Shown here: one piece after another, positions 1-11,200 of the stretch
Layout of the letters: the number at the start of each line of letters is the position of its first letter
Numbering within the stretch: the stretch's first letter is position 1
NCBI GenBank assembly: GCA_949358305.1
Contig: OX442314.1
Span: 3,782,001 to 3,846,000 of the forward strand
Length of the DNA: 64,000 bases
Reading direction: 5' to 3'
Origin: Strigamia acuminata
Taxonomy: Eukaryota
Program-made: the position numbers and the translations under genes
Notes under the pieces: model-generated
What the model saw: only the letters and a program-made list of their open reading frames with translations
Database searches by the model: none
What the model was told of the DNA's origin: nothing

Positions 1-3000
1 TGTCCTTTTCTTTGACGGTTTTCTCACATTTATCTGAGTAGTGGCCGTATTCTCCACAGCTGTAACATTTGATGTTACTTTTATCCCCTGTGGGAGTGAA
101 TCCCGGTTTTTTCGGGACGAAGGGCGTCGGGAATCGTCTTTTTCCTCCCAATGCTCCTCTCGCTTTTGTTGCTTGCACGTGTGCTCTGAATTGTGTGATT
201 GCCAAGGCCCGGTGTGCATGGTGCAAATAGGGACCTTGATCGTCGCATCCCGTCGATAAGTTTTCGAGGTGCTCATTTAGGGCTTCCTCGTCGCTCGATG
301 CTGGCTCCTCTTCTTTAGCCGTGGCGAGAGGTGTTGTCTCTTCGACTTTCTCCATCTGGGTGGAGTCCGTCGAGGTCACCTGCATCGCCGTCGCTGCCGG
401 TGCTTTCTTTGGGGCAGCTATCGGGTTGGCTGGAAGAATACTGCCTGCTTTAGGCGTCAGCATTCGTCCGAAGGATGCTTCGGTGAGACTCATTATGCCG
501 CTCAAATATTCACTTGGCCTCATTAATTTTTCTGAGGTCTTGTGGCGTTCGGCGCTCGTCTGCAACCGCTTCTCGTGCGCGTCAGCTTCTTCCGGGGGCA
601 GAGTGGCGTAATACCGCTGTTCTATTTCTAACGTGTTTGTTAGAAGATAGTTACTGACATCTTGGTAATCGCCAGTGCGGGGTGCACGCATGTCTAGCAG
701 AATTCTTTGCGAGTGGGCCGATAATCCTCCGTAAAAGATCATCGTAAAACCAGCGGGGTTTATTTCGTACGGCGCTCTTGCAAACAGGAGTTTCGCTCGG
801 GCGTCGTAGTCGGCTAATGTTTCTCCTGGGGCTTGTCGTAGACCCCGTAATTTGTTACTGATCTCGTCTGGAGTCTCGCCGTATCGGAGATCGAAACGGA
901 CGAGAAAATCGTCCCAGGTTGGGTTTTTCAGTCCCTGGTACCATTCTCGAGCTGACCCCGTAGTTAGCTCCACTAGCCCGTGGGTTAGCATGTCGGCGAC
1001 GGTGGCTTTTGTCGCTTTCTTGATACGCATTACTTCGTCCAGGAAGCGGTCTCCGGCCTTCCACGAACCGTCAAATCGCGTTTGAATATAGTGTTGCCAG
1101 CGGATGTTACCCGTGGCTTCACTGCTTGGTTCGTTTCGTACGCCATATTTGCGCTTAACCCTCTCTCCAGCGCGATTATGTTCGTCGCCTGGATGGCCTA
1201 GATCGATTCCTTCTCTTCTGAAAGAGTTCAGCAGGGCTCGGCCTAGCTCAGACATCGTGTAATGTCGGCCAGATGAGTCCTGAAAGTTCCCTTCCTCTGA
1301 ACGAGGGTTGGAGCTCCGGGAAGAGCGGTCTGAAGCATTCGGCCGGTTCGACCGGTGCCCATCGCTGCCTTCTTGACTCCTTCCTGTAGACGGTCGACTC
1401 GGATGGTCGTCGTCCGACGAATCGGAGGGCTCGGAGGGATCTCCTTGGGGGTGAAACCTCGGCCCTCTCGGTGGGGTCTCTCCGCCAGCCTTCTTCTGTT
1501 TCGAGCCTTCGGATGGCGGCGGCTCCCCTCCGTCGTTGTTCTCGCAAAAAGAATGCCATCTGTTTTCCTCGCTCTCGGGGCGTTCCCGATTTTTATTTGC
1601 GTTTTTCTTTTCGAGTAACGCGTCGATGGCTGCTCCCGTCTCGGATCTTTTTGAGGGGTGACGGTCCTTTGTTTTTGGGACCGATCCGTCTCTCTTTTGA
1701 GATTTCCCCCTTTTTGCCGTTTTTGCCGGCTTTGCTGCATCTTCTCCTGTGTCGGTATCAGAGCCGCTTGGGGGTTCTGACTTCCGTTTCGGGTTTTCTT
1801 CCCTTTTCTTCCTGCCCGAGACACCTTGTTCGTACTCTTTTTGGAACTTTTCTGTTTCTTTCTCCCAGTTTTCGGCTTCCCATCTTTTTTGCTCATCTAT
1901 TATGGCTTGTTCCTTTGCTTTGTACTCTTCGGTCCATCTGACTCGGTCCCATTCCTCTTTCTCTTTCAGGAACTGTTCCTTTTCTTTTCTGGCTTCCTCT
2001 TCTCTCAACCTCTCGCGATGTTGTTCTTCCCATTTTTGGTGTTGTAAAATGGCTTCTTCTCGCAACATTTGTAGCTTTTCTGCTTTTCTTTGAGCTACGA
2101 GCGCTTGAAATTGGTCCTCGTACTCTTGAGCTTCTCGATGTCGCCCTTCCACCGTGGCGTTCCATTCTTTTCGAATTTTAGCTTCTCGTTCCTCCCTCAT
2201 TTTTTGGACCAGTTTTTCTGTTCTCTCGGTGGTTCTTCTTTCGCGTTGCTCCCTTTCTTCCTCTTCCTTCCAGAGTTCTCGCCGCTCTGCGCTCAGTCTT
2301 CGTTGGCGATTAGTCGCTTCTTGTCTGGCTTCTTCGCGGGCCTTCTCTCTGGATTGGTGAAGTGCCCGGTTGGGGTCTGGCGCGAAACCTCCGGTGTCAC
2401 TGGGCGTTACCTGGGGCATGGGCGTCTCCGCTGCTGGTCTTGCGACCGGCGTCGGGGCTTGTGCCGCGCAGATAGCGTCAGTGAGTAGAGTAATCGATTC
2501 CCAGACTGACGTTCCTACTGGAATGTCTATCATCGCTTTCAGTTGGGCAGCTTGCCGTGTCAACCGAATTAGGTGAGATACCTCGAAGGAAACAACCGCA
2601 GGACTCGCCGTAACTCGGGGGGTTATCGGGGTCCCGCCGTCGTTTTTTCGTGGGGTTTGCTCCACGGACGTCTGAGCCGTGGGTGGCGATGGGTTCGTGC
2701 CGACCGTGACCGTTATTTTCGGAGCTTCATTCGTCTCCTCGGTCATCAATATCGATACTCGTCCTGGCGATACGTCGCGAATTTCTTCTCGATTTTCTAT
2801 GGCTTCCGGATCGGTATCCTCGAAGGGTTGCATATTCAAGGGAACCCGCTCTCGCTCTGGCCCGTCTAGGGCCGCGAGCGATGCAGCTTGCTCCTCTTTC
2901 TGCGCCTTCGCTCTCCTTTTATTCGCTCGGGCTTTCGCCTTTGCGGACATTTCAGGGACGGGACCATCCGATCTCAGGTGGTAGTCGGAGGTCCTTTTTC

Positions 3001-3058
3001 CCTTCTCGGGCATTCTCTGCTCGGTTTCAGACGTGGATTGCTCGTCTTTGTCTGACAT
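1..3058 (-). CDS. gag: Gag of Gypsy A, at least 1019 aa, open off the window edge (hence absent from the ORF track)
   Basis: ATG at 3058 (MSDKDEQ..DYHLRS) is in frame with CCHC knuckle CYSCGEYGHYSDKC near 26-67; capsid-like region aligns with Gypsy C gag (RFDGSWKAGDRFLDEV, RFDLRYGETP). Confidence 0.9.
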   Translation of the reverse strand, partial: MSDKDEQSTSETEQRMPEKGKRTSDYHLRSDGPVPEMSAKAKARANKRRAKAQKEEQAASLAALDGPERERVPLNMQPFEDTDPEAIENREEIRDVSPGRVSILMTEETNEAPKITVTVGTNPSPPTAQTSVEQTPRKNDGGTPITPRVTASPAVVSFEVSHLIRLTRQAAQLKAMIDIPVGTSVWESITLLTDAICAAQAPTPVARPAAETPMPQVTPSDTGGFAPDPNRALHQSREKAREEARQEATNRQRRLSAERRELWKEEEEREQRERRTTERTEKLVQKMREEREAKIRKEWNATVEGRHREAQEYEDQFQALVAQRKAEKLQMLREEAILQHQKWEEQHRERLREEEARKEKEQFLKEKEEWDRVRWTEEYKAKEQAIIDEQKRWEAENWEKETEKFQKEYEQGVSGRKKREENPKRKSEPPSGSDTDTGEDAAKPAKTAKRGKSQKRDGSVPKTKDRHPSKRSETGAAIDALLEKKNANKNRERPESEENRWHSFCENNDGGEPPPSEGSKQKKAGGETPPRGPRFHPQGDPSEPSDSSDDDHPSRPSTGRSQEGSDGHRSNRPNASDRSSRSSNPRSEEGNFQDSSGRHYTMSELGRALLNSFRREGIDLGHPGDEHNRAGERVKRKYGVRNEPSSEATGNIRWQHYIQTRFDGSWKAGDRFLDEVMRIKKATKATVADMLTHGLVELTTGSAREWYQGLKNPTWDDFLVRFDLRYGETPDEISNKLRGLRQAPGETLADYDARAKLLFARAPYEINPAGFTMIFYGGLSAHSQRILLDMRAPRTGDYQDVSNYLLTNTLEIEQRYYATLPPEEADAHEKRLQTSAERHKTSEKLMRPSEYLSGIMSLTEASFGRMLTPKAGSILPANPIAAPKKAPAATAMQVTSTDSTQMEKVEETTPLATAKEEEPASSDEEALNEHLENLSTGCDDQGPYLHHAHRALAITQFRAHVQATKARGALGGKRRFPTPFVPKKPGFTPTGDKSNIKCYSCGEYGHYSDKCEKTVKEKD

Positions 3059-3132
3059 TTTCTTTCGGTAATTCTACGATTTGGGTTATCTTATTGAGAG
3101 ATCACAAGTTCAGATTTGAGATTTATTTCTAA

Positions 3133-3150
3133 ATCCCGGACGGGCCCCCA
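3133..3150 (-). promoter_or_regulatory. Primer-binding site, tRNA-Pro type
   Basis: TGGGGGCCCGTCCGGGAT, 2 nt from the LTR; 1 mismatch to canonical PBS-Pro TGGGGGCTCGTCCGGGAT. Confidence 0.85.
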
Positions 3151-3152
3151 CG

Positions 3153-3972
3153 TGTCGCGTCCTACTTGGTATAGGTTTAAATAGCGCTAACGTGTAATAC
3201 TTTACCTGTGATCAATTATGTAAATACCCAAATGAATACCAAATGTATGTAAATAAACAGGTAATTTATTCACCAGGCTTTATGCCTTTAAAATACACTC
3301 AGTAATAATTCTAGAGTCGACGTGGTCAGCGTCGAACAAAGGATTTCTCAAGATGGCGTCGTCGATTCCGCGTGGTCGGCGGAACAAAGGCGGCGTCTCG
3401 AGTTGTCGTTAATTCGTCACGGATTCGTCTTCACGGACGCGGTGGAATGCTCTTTCGAGTCTTCTATCCGTGCCTGTTGTCTAGGGTTTGTTTAGCGTCG
3501 CAGAGGCCTCGTCTAGGAACTTTGGGGTTCCCTACAAAGCACTCGGACACTTACTTCGGCGAATAATCGTCTGGGCGATTATTCTGGGTGATTTCACAAG
3601 GGCTATTCTCGTGCTTTCGCAGGAATAGCTCGCAAGTGACTTCGTGAGAGTTACAGTTTGCACTTTACTCAGCGATCCTCGATCAATCCTAACTTGTAGT
3701 TGAAGTTGGCCTGACGGTGAGGTAGTTGCTGTGTTCTTGGTGTCGTTTGTGTAAGTTCTGACTTTAGGCGGGAAACACAGCCTTTTATGCAGTGGGGTGA
3801 AGGGCCGGCGATCAACCAATGGGGGCTGACCATCAGCCGCTTCCTCCCCCTCGGGGCACACACCTGCCATGGGGAGGTGGAGCCAACTCGGGGGGGAACG
3901 ACTCTTCAATCACAGTGACTCAGAGGACAAGCATCCGCCCTGGGGGGACACTTATCCAACTGGGTCACCACA
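3153..3972 (-). repeat. 5' LTR of Gypsy A (~820 bp)
   Basis: On + strand starts TGTCGCG and ends GGGTCACCACA, like Gypsy C LTR (TGTCGCG...GGGTCACAACA); partner LTR outside window. Confidence 0.8.
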
Positions 3973-4425
3973 ATTATTAAGACAACTAGTTTAATTAAAT
4001 TAGTCAATTGTACAAAGAATACCAAGTGACTCCGGTCATGACAATTAAGGGGGACATTTTGATTCTTAATTGTCAACTCTTATCATCCGAAAGCTATTAT
4101 TGTATATTTATAGCAATACATCTGACTAGGCATATGAAATAAATATTTTGTGATAACACAAATGATGATTTTATGTATGACGAAAGTTTCTTCAAAAAGA
4201 AGACTTGGAAATAAATTCTGGACTTGAATTTAGGCTATTAGAAAAGATTATTTCGGCAGAAATCCAGAACTTAGATAATTCAAGTTAGTTTATGTAAACT
4301 CAAATTCGAAATTGGAAGTCACAGTATCTCCAAGATACATCAAGTCCGAAAATAGCATTTATGCTAATTAGGAGAATAACGAAAACTCTATAAAATATTA
4401 TATAGTTGTGTTATTAAGGGGGATG

Positions 4426-6326
4426 TGTGACGGTTTTTAATGGCTATAAATGCCTATTTTCTATAGAAAAGCGCTGTTGTGTCATTATGACGGTATTTTT
4501 ACAGTATTCTGTGTAAAACGGATATAATTCCTAAATAAAGCTATTTATGAGGTTTCCATGATAAAAGATGATGTATTAATTAGTATTAATAACATTCCTA
4601 CATGATATCAAGATATCACGACCAAATCACGATGATTCGTCTACTAAAACCGCATTTGTCAATGCGCAATGTTGTCGCCAGATGGCGCGATCACGATTTA
4701 GCGGTAAATTCAAGATATGAATATAAAACATGTAAATAAATATAAAACTATATTTACTAGAACGAAACGAAGCTTTGTGAACATTAATATAAAGATATAT
4801 TAATGTCTTTTGATGTTAAATACATTATAACTTCCATTTTCTGCGGGATAGAACATTTGGTGATCAATCGATCAACCGATCGATCTGATTGGTGGATCCA
4901 TTTCCGGCCCTGGGTATCCAGTTCCGGTTGTGGTGAGAATTAGCATAATGTTCCTCCGTATCCACTTCCGGTGATACGGGATTGGAGGGATTCGTGGAAC
5001 CCATGTTCCAATTGGATGACTGGATTAATCCTTAATCCAGTCAGGTTATATAAACCCAAACAATCGGCCATTCCGGAGCTCTGTTTGATTATTTTCTGTT
5101 TGGTATTGTTACTTAAGAAATATGATTCGTTGTTCACGTAAAAAACCTTTTGGTTCTTTGTTGATTTATTCGCAAAGAACCGTTGCATGATTCTACAGAA
5201 TCATGCCACCGCCGGCAATTGAAGTCGAAGTGCTGGGATTATTATGTTGCATAAATGTTACAGTCTACGGTTGCGACGCCGAAGGAGAACCCGCCGTTGT
5301 GCAATTCAGTATCCTCCGGACAGGACCAAGTTGTCTTTTTCGGTATGAACGTATTCCGTTACCACGAGTAGCATCGGTATTGTTGAGAATTGGTTCCTTC
5401 ACCTGATGGTGCCAAAGCAGTCTGTTTTACAGTAACCACGAGTAGCACCAAGTGTTTGGCAAGCTGATTCTCATGGTATTCGATGCCAAAGTAGTCGGTC
5501 TATTATTAGTACCGCGAGAGATAAAACTGCTGTGCGGAGCCGCGAGCTATCGACCCCTGTGTACGTGGTGCCGTCAATCGCTAGACGAACGACCGTGCTG
5601 CGACGCCGGGGACGCTTGATACCGTTCTGCATGGCAAGGCGTATATTCTAATCGATGGCAATTGTGTGTTGCGACGGGAAGCTTAATCTTCATTTTATTT
5701 ATAACAGCAAAACTTAAACTCGACAACCAGTTGGACCAAAATCAAGTCAGAAGACTTAATCTCATATTGAACTCAATATAACCGATAAGTTGACGACAAC
5801 TTATTCCCGAAATATCTAAATAAGAATTCACAACGATATGAATTAAATATAATTCATAAGTGGAATATTGATAAGTAAATGAATACATTTACTTACACCA
5901 ATATCCTCCCAAAGTTGTGGCGGTGCAGACAAAGTCAACCGCAATGCTCAGATCATTCGATTTATCGACGTGCGATAGTTCACACAGCGAACCAAGGAAA
6001 CCAGCGAAGCCGTATCGGACTCCAGGACACAGCCATCCGGCTTAAGATGACATCTATAATCAGGTCGAGCGATGGGGAAACCGCTCCCATATTCCAGACC
6101 CGTAGTGATATTATTCTAGGGCCAGTTGGCCAATTCTTTGTATAGTTTAATAGCTGATTTAACTTGCCAAATGTCGGCATTAGTCCTATGTATAATTTAG
6201 CCTTGATATTATTGTTTACCAACAATAAACTGTCTTGTATTTATCTCGTATTGTATTCACTGTTTATTTATTGCGATCTCTTCCCGGTACCATTGTTAAA
6301 TGGGAGTTGTGGTCGTCACCGTCACA
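4426..6326 (+). repeat. 3' LTR (~1.9 kb) of LTR element 'X', inserted in gag of Gypsy B
   Basis: Polypurine tract AAGGGGGA(TG) directly before; 9-bp terminal inverted repeat TGTGACGGT...ACCGTCACA; AATAAA near 6224; gag coding sequence resumes right after 6326 with no PBS. Confidence 0.7.
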
Positions 6327-7034
6327 GGGAAATTCTCAGAATTAAATGAATTCATGGAAGTCAATCAACTTCGTATTGAAGAAAAGTATAAAGCATACTT
6401 GACTGACGCTGAAAGGTCAGCTTTCCTACAGCGAGAGAAAAAGCATGCTGAGAAAAATCATGAAACCTGCAATGGTTTGCAATTGATGCTTCCCCCTAGT
6501 TATGAAGACATACTAGATGAAATGGAAGAGAAGAAGTCGAAAAAAGATTCTTCTAAAAAAGAGGTAAACAATCCTCATTCCGTTCCAAAGTTACGTGCAA
6601 ATGTAGCAGGAGCTGAAAGTCAAACCTCTGACGCTGAAAAAGCTGAAGAAGAGGGAGAAGGAGAAGATGAGACATTGGCTTTATTGGCCAAAACAGCTGC
6701 ATTATTAGCTAAAAATAATACAGTTGCTGGCAAATGGAAGCCACGAATGAAGCCCAAAACAGTTTCATTCAATACTGACAAGGTAAATAAAGATAGAAAT
6801 TCAAAATCACCTGCAGCATCACCTGAGCGTCGCTCAGACACCCGTTCTCGTTCTGCCTCACCAGCAGGTACGAAAAAGAAGTCACCTTCTACTGATCCCT
6901 GCAACTTATGTAAAAAGTTGGGACATTGGCAAAGAGATTGCCCCACTGCTACAAAGAAAGACAAACCAGTAACATCAGCTGAGTTTGAAAAAGCAGTAAA
7001 AGTTTTGATGGATTTATTCGCAAAAAACTTATAG
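6327..7034 (+). CDS. gag: C-terminal part of Gypsy B Gag
   Basis: CCHC knuckle CNLCKKLGHWQRDC; ends at slippery site GCA AAA AAC TTA TAG. Confidence 0.88.
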   Translation, partial: GKFSELNEFMEVNQLRIEEKYKAYLTDAERSAFLQREKKHAEKNHETCNGLQLMLPPSYEDILDEMEEKKSKKDSSKKEVNNPHSVPKLRANVAGAESQTSDAEKAEEEGEGEDETLALLAKTAALLAKNNTVAGKWKPRMKPKTVSFNTDKVNKDRNSKSPAASPERRSDTRSRSASPAGTKKKSPSTDPCNLCKKLGHWQRDCPTATKKDKPVTSAEFEKAVKVLMDLFAKNL

Positions 7035-7068
7035 ACGCAGATCCATCAGGTCTAGTGGATCCTGCGTC
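7022..7068 (+). promoter_or_regulatory. -1 ribosomal frameshift signal, gag to pol
   Basis: A AAA AAC (7022-7028) followed by stem GACGCAGATCCA / TGGATCCTGCGTC (7034-7068); pol lies in the -1 frame. Confidence 0.85.
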
Positions 7069-7606
7069 CCCTCCGAAATCGGAATCGGAAAATAAAGTTC
7101 TGAAATTATTGGAAAAAGTTGAAATTATTCTGGATGAAGTAATTCTTCCAGAAGATGTAAAAAATATAGAATCCCAAGAAAACGGGATTGTCAGCGAAAA
7201 TCTGGCAAAAGATAATTCCAATCTTCAGACAGAAGTCGAAAGTAAAGACGATAGACCAAGCTCAGTTCCGGAAACACCTGGAATTGAGGAATGCATTAAG
7301 TTATTTGCAGCTACAACTCTTGAAACCAATGAGTTATTAGATGAATTGCCATTGGAACCTCCAATTGCAATGCCTTCTAAATTGCGCAAGTTTGAGTGCA
7401 AAGTGGCTGGTATTCCCAACAGCCACGATCTCCCAACGTTAAAACTAGAGACGTTGAAAGGAGTTATAACTGGAATGTTAGACTCGGGAGCAAATAAGAG
7501 CTTCCTTGCGACTTCCGTTATCAATCAATTAGGTCTTGAAAAGTACATGCGACCTATCGGACCAGGAGTTCGAGTTACGACAGCAAGTGAAGAAGTCACT
7601 CCAGAT

Positions 7607-8268
7607 TAGACCTGTGCGCCGAGTCGGCTTAGCCGACTCGGCTCGGCGGCTGGTCGGCTGGACCCCAGCCGCCGCCGCCGTGTGGCGAGTCCTGGCGACA
7701 ATTTACAAGCCGCCGCCGCCGCTGATTTTCCGGCGTCGAACGGCTGAAATTTTTTGTAAAGCCTGGTTCACACTTGCGGATACGCCACGGATACGTTGCA
7801 TCCGTGGTTTGCTGCAAATGGGCTGTGATTGGCTGCGGAAATATTTTCTAGTTTTCCGCGCAATTTTTTTTTCGCAGCCAATCACAGCTCATTGTAGCAA
7901 ACCGCGGATGCAACAATTCCGCAGCATATCCGCAAGTGTGAACCAGGCTTAACAAAAAAAACAACATATTTTTGGATTTTCTTTCTTTTTTTTTAATTTC
8001 ACTTCTGTTTTCAATTTTTTTTCTTTTCTTTTTTTGGTTTGGAGGTTTTACAGGTTTATTTCGTATTCGTTTTGTTATTTTCATTATTTTTTATCGAAAA
8101 ATTTCGGCTTAGCCGATCAGCTGGCTGGCCGCCGCCGATACCATACGTCATCGGCTGAGCCGCCAGCCGCCGGCTCCTACGAACGAAGCCGATCCGAGCC
8201 GCCGCCATTTCGTGGCGATCAGCCGCAACAAGCCGCCGCCGACAAATTGGGCTCGGCGCACAGGTCTA
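7607..8268. mobile_element. hAT-type MITE (662 bp)
   Basis: 17-bp TIR TAGACCTGTGCGCCGAG; 8-bp TSD CTCCAGAT at 7599-7606 and 8269-8276; GCC-rich subterminal repeats. Confidence 0.92.
7760..7949. mobile_element. PIF/Harbinger-like palindromic MITE (190 bp) nested in the hAT MITE
   Basis: TIR AGCCTGGTTCACACTTGCGGATA; TAA on both sides; near-complete hairpin. Confidence 0.85.
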
Positions 8269-11200
8269 CTCCAGATGGGACGATCCATCTTTCATTTCGA
8301 TGGACTCATGGCACATTACGTCATCCGTTCATTATCATACCAAACAAGTATCCAATGGTACTTTTGGGTTGTGATTTCATGAATAAATTAGGAATCCAAC
8401 CTAATCCACAGACGATGTCGTGGAATTTCTTGCAACCTGTGGATGCAGATTTACCCTACATTCCGCAAGCGTTGTTAGATCGATACATTGAGAAACTAGA
8501 GGAACCAGATTCCTCATTTGTGACTTTCGCAAAAGCTTATGCTGCAAGCGTAACTCAATCAAAAATTGATGAACAGAATTTCATCCAGAAGTTAGTGGAA
8601 GAAGCTAACTTAAATTTGGAGCAATCTAAATTATTAGAAAAAATGTTGATCAAACATAAAAAGATCATTTCTAAAGAACCAGGCAAAACTCACTTAGTTC
8701 AACACAAGATCGAGTTAGACACGGACAAACCCATCCGCGTCCCCTTTAAGAGCATAAACCCTCAAAAAAGGGAAATTATACGTCAGCTTTGTCAAGATAT
8801 GATTGACAAAGGAATAGTCGTCAAGGCTGAAGGCGATTATGGGATGCGGCCTGTCTTAGTCATGCGACCAGGCAATGATCCGCGTATGTGTATCGATTTT
8901 CGACCAATCAATACACATACTAAGTACAACCCCCCTCAAATGCCAACTATTGAGGAAATCATGCGAGAAATCGGTGAATTCGAGTGGGTTAGTACGATAG
9001 ATCTGACCAAGGGATATTGGCAGATAGAGCTTCGTGAAGAAGACAAAGTCAAAACGGCTTTTTGGAGTCCAATGGGAAGGCTTATGTTTAAAGTAATGCC
9101 TTTCGGACTTGTTAACGCGCCTACTACTTTCCAAGAGTTGATGGAAAAGGTTTTAGGTGACGCTTACCGTAAGTTCGCCTGGGCTTACTTGGACGATATA
9201 ATCGTCGTGTCCAAATCGTTTGAAGAACACGTCAAACATTTAGATATAGTTTTTGCCAAGCTGCAAGAAGCAAATTTGCATGCCCACCCTGGAAAAACTC
9301 ATTTGTGTAGAAAGGAATTAATCTTCCTGGGATACAAAGTAGGAGTCAGTGGACTCAGCGTCGACCCTAAAAAAGTCGCCGCCATCACTGAATTTCCCGC
9401 TCCTACAAATTTGAAGGAGCTGCAGAGATTTCTAGGCATGGTAAATTTCTTCCATCGCCTAATCAAGAATTTGGCCACAGTGGCAGAACCACTACGGCCA
9501 CTCTTGAAAAAGGATGCAAATTTCGAATGGGAATTGCACCATCAGGCAGCGTTCGATGCAATCAAAGATCTGCTTACGAACGCTGAAACAATGAAGATGC
9601 CGGATTTATATTCGCCCTTCATTGTTCACACTGATGCCAGCAGGCAAGGTTTGGGCGCAGCCCTCACACAAAAGAAGATTGTGGATGGCGAAGATACAGA
9701 AATGCCATGCGTGTATGCAAGCCGAAGCTTGCAGCCCGCTGAGAAGAATTACACTGTGACAGAGTTAGAATGTCTCGCAGTAGTATGGGGATTACGCAAA
9801 TTTCGCCCATACTTAGAGTACACAACATTTACTGTACAAACGGATCACCAAGCCTTGAAATGGTTGATGTCGTTAGCCGACCCGTCTGGCAGATTAGCTC
9901 GTTGGCAAATGGAGCTAATGGCGTATTCATTTGAAATCCAGTACGTGAAAGGGCCATTAAATGTTGTCGCAGACGCATTGTCTCGTGCACCAGTCAGTGC
10001 ACCTGACGACCCGGAAGATGATGGTGATAACGATGATTTATTATCGTATTGTCCATCTCCTTGTCGAAGTTGGCAAATGGGAAAACTGAACGAGTTGCCC
10101 AAATCGATCATAGTGAATGAAGAAGACAATAATATTGTCACTTTTTGCCACAAAATTCATGATCCATCAGGGACACCTGATATCGAATTAAGAGCTATAA
10201 TGGCTAAACAATTCGAGTTGCCAACAACTAATGTTTTAATAAAAGCATTTGCAGCCAAAATTGCTAAGCAATTGGACTGCGATCCTCCAACGAGGAACGA
10301 CATTATTGAGGCACAGAAACAAGATAAATTCTGTCAAATAATTCGTAATTTTATTGTAAATAAAATATACCCAGAGTATCTGTACAATGCTCCAAACAAA
10401 AATCATTTCAAAAGAGTAGCAAGTACTTACCTTATTGAAGACGATATGTTACTTCATTATCATCCTACCTCTACAGATGAATTAGGAGAGGATGGTCGGG
10501 CACTCAAAGTTGTAGTACCCAAGAAATTGATTTATAAAATCATTTGGTTGATGCACGGACATCCCTTATCTGGTCACCCAGGTATAGCACGAACTATGTA
10601 CCGAACTCGAAGAGTGTACACGTGGAAAGGCATGAAACGCGACATAACTAGCTTTATTCAGCATTGCCAAGGATGTCAAGCATGCAAGCCTAGATCGAAA
10701 ACAGAAATGGAGGCTGCTCAAATGGGACCTTACGGACCTTTTGACTGCCTCAGCGTTGACTTGTCTGGTCCAAAACCATAAGGACTAGAAAGAATAACAC
10801 GCATATTTGTGTAATACTTGATATAGCTACACATTGGCTGGAATTATTTCCAATGTGTAATCCGACCGCAATTAAAGTCGCTAATTGCATATATCACTTA
10901 TCAATAACTTTTGGTTTTCCAAGACAAATTATAAGCGATAATGGACCACAATTTCGATCACTGGTCTATAAAGAATTTTGCAAAAAATTCGGAATGTCAC
11001 CAAAAACGACATCAATATACCATCCACAGGCAAACCCTGTGGAAAGAACAAATAGGGATATTAAATATATGGTTTCGATTTATTTAGATATTCACGACCA
11101 ATGGGACGAATATCTACGTGAATTCGCATTCAGTTTAAGAACGACTGTAACAAGAGGCAGAGATTATTCTCCTGCTTTCTTGAATTTTTTCCGAGAATTA

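Larger units (their letters stand above)
1..3972 (-). mobile_element. Gypsy/Ty3 LTR retrotransposon 'A' (5' LTR, PBS and gag; rest lies beyond window start)
   Basis: LTR 3153-3972 with TG..CA ends, similar to Gypsy C LTR termini; tRNA-Pro-like PBS 3133-3150; gag homologous to that of Gypsy C. Confidence 0.92.

Noticed and set aside
1243..2984. Many overlapping ORFs on both strands
   Set aside because: Alternative frames of the low-complexity Gypsy A gag
8034..8276. N-terminus of the 915-aa ORF
   Set aside because: Read-through from the hAT MITE; real pol resumes at 8277
10779..10781. Programmed frameshift or excision footprint in Gypsy B integrase
   Set aside because: Gypsy C pol is continuous here and no matching target duplication is seen; simple 2-nt insertion
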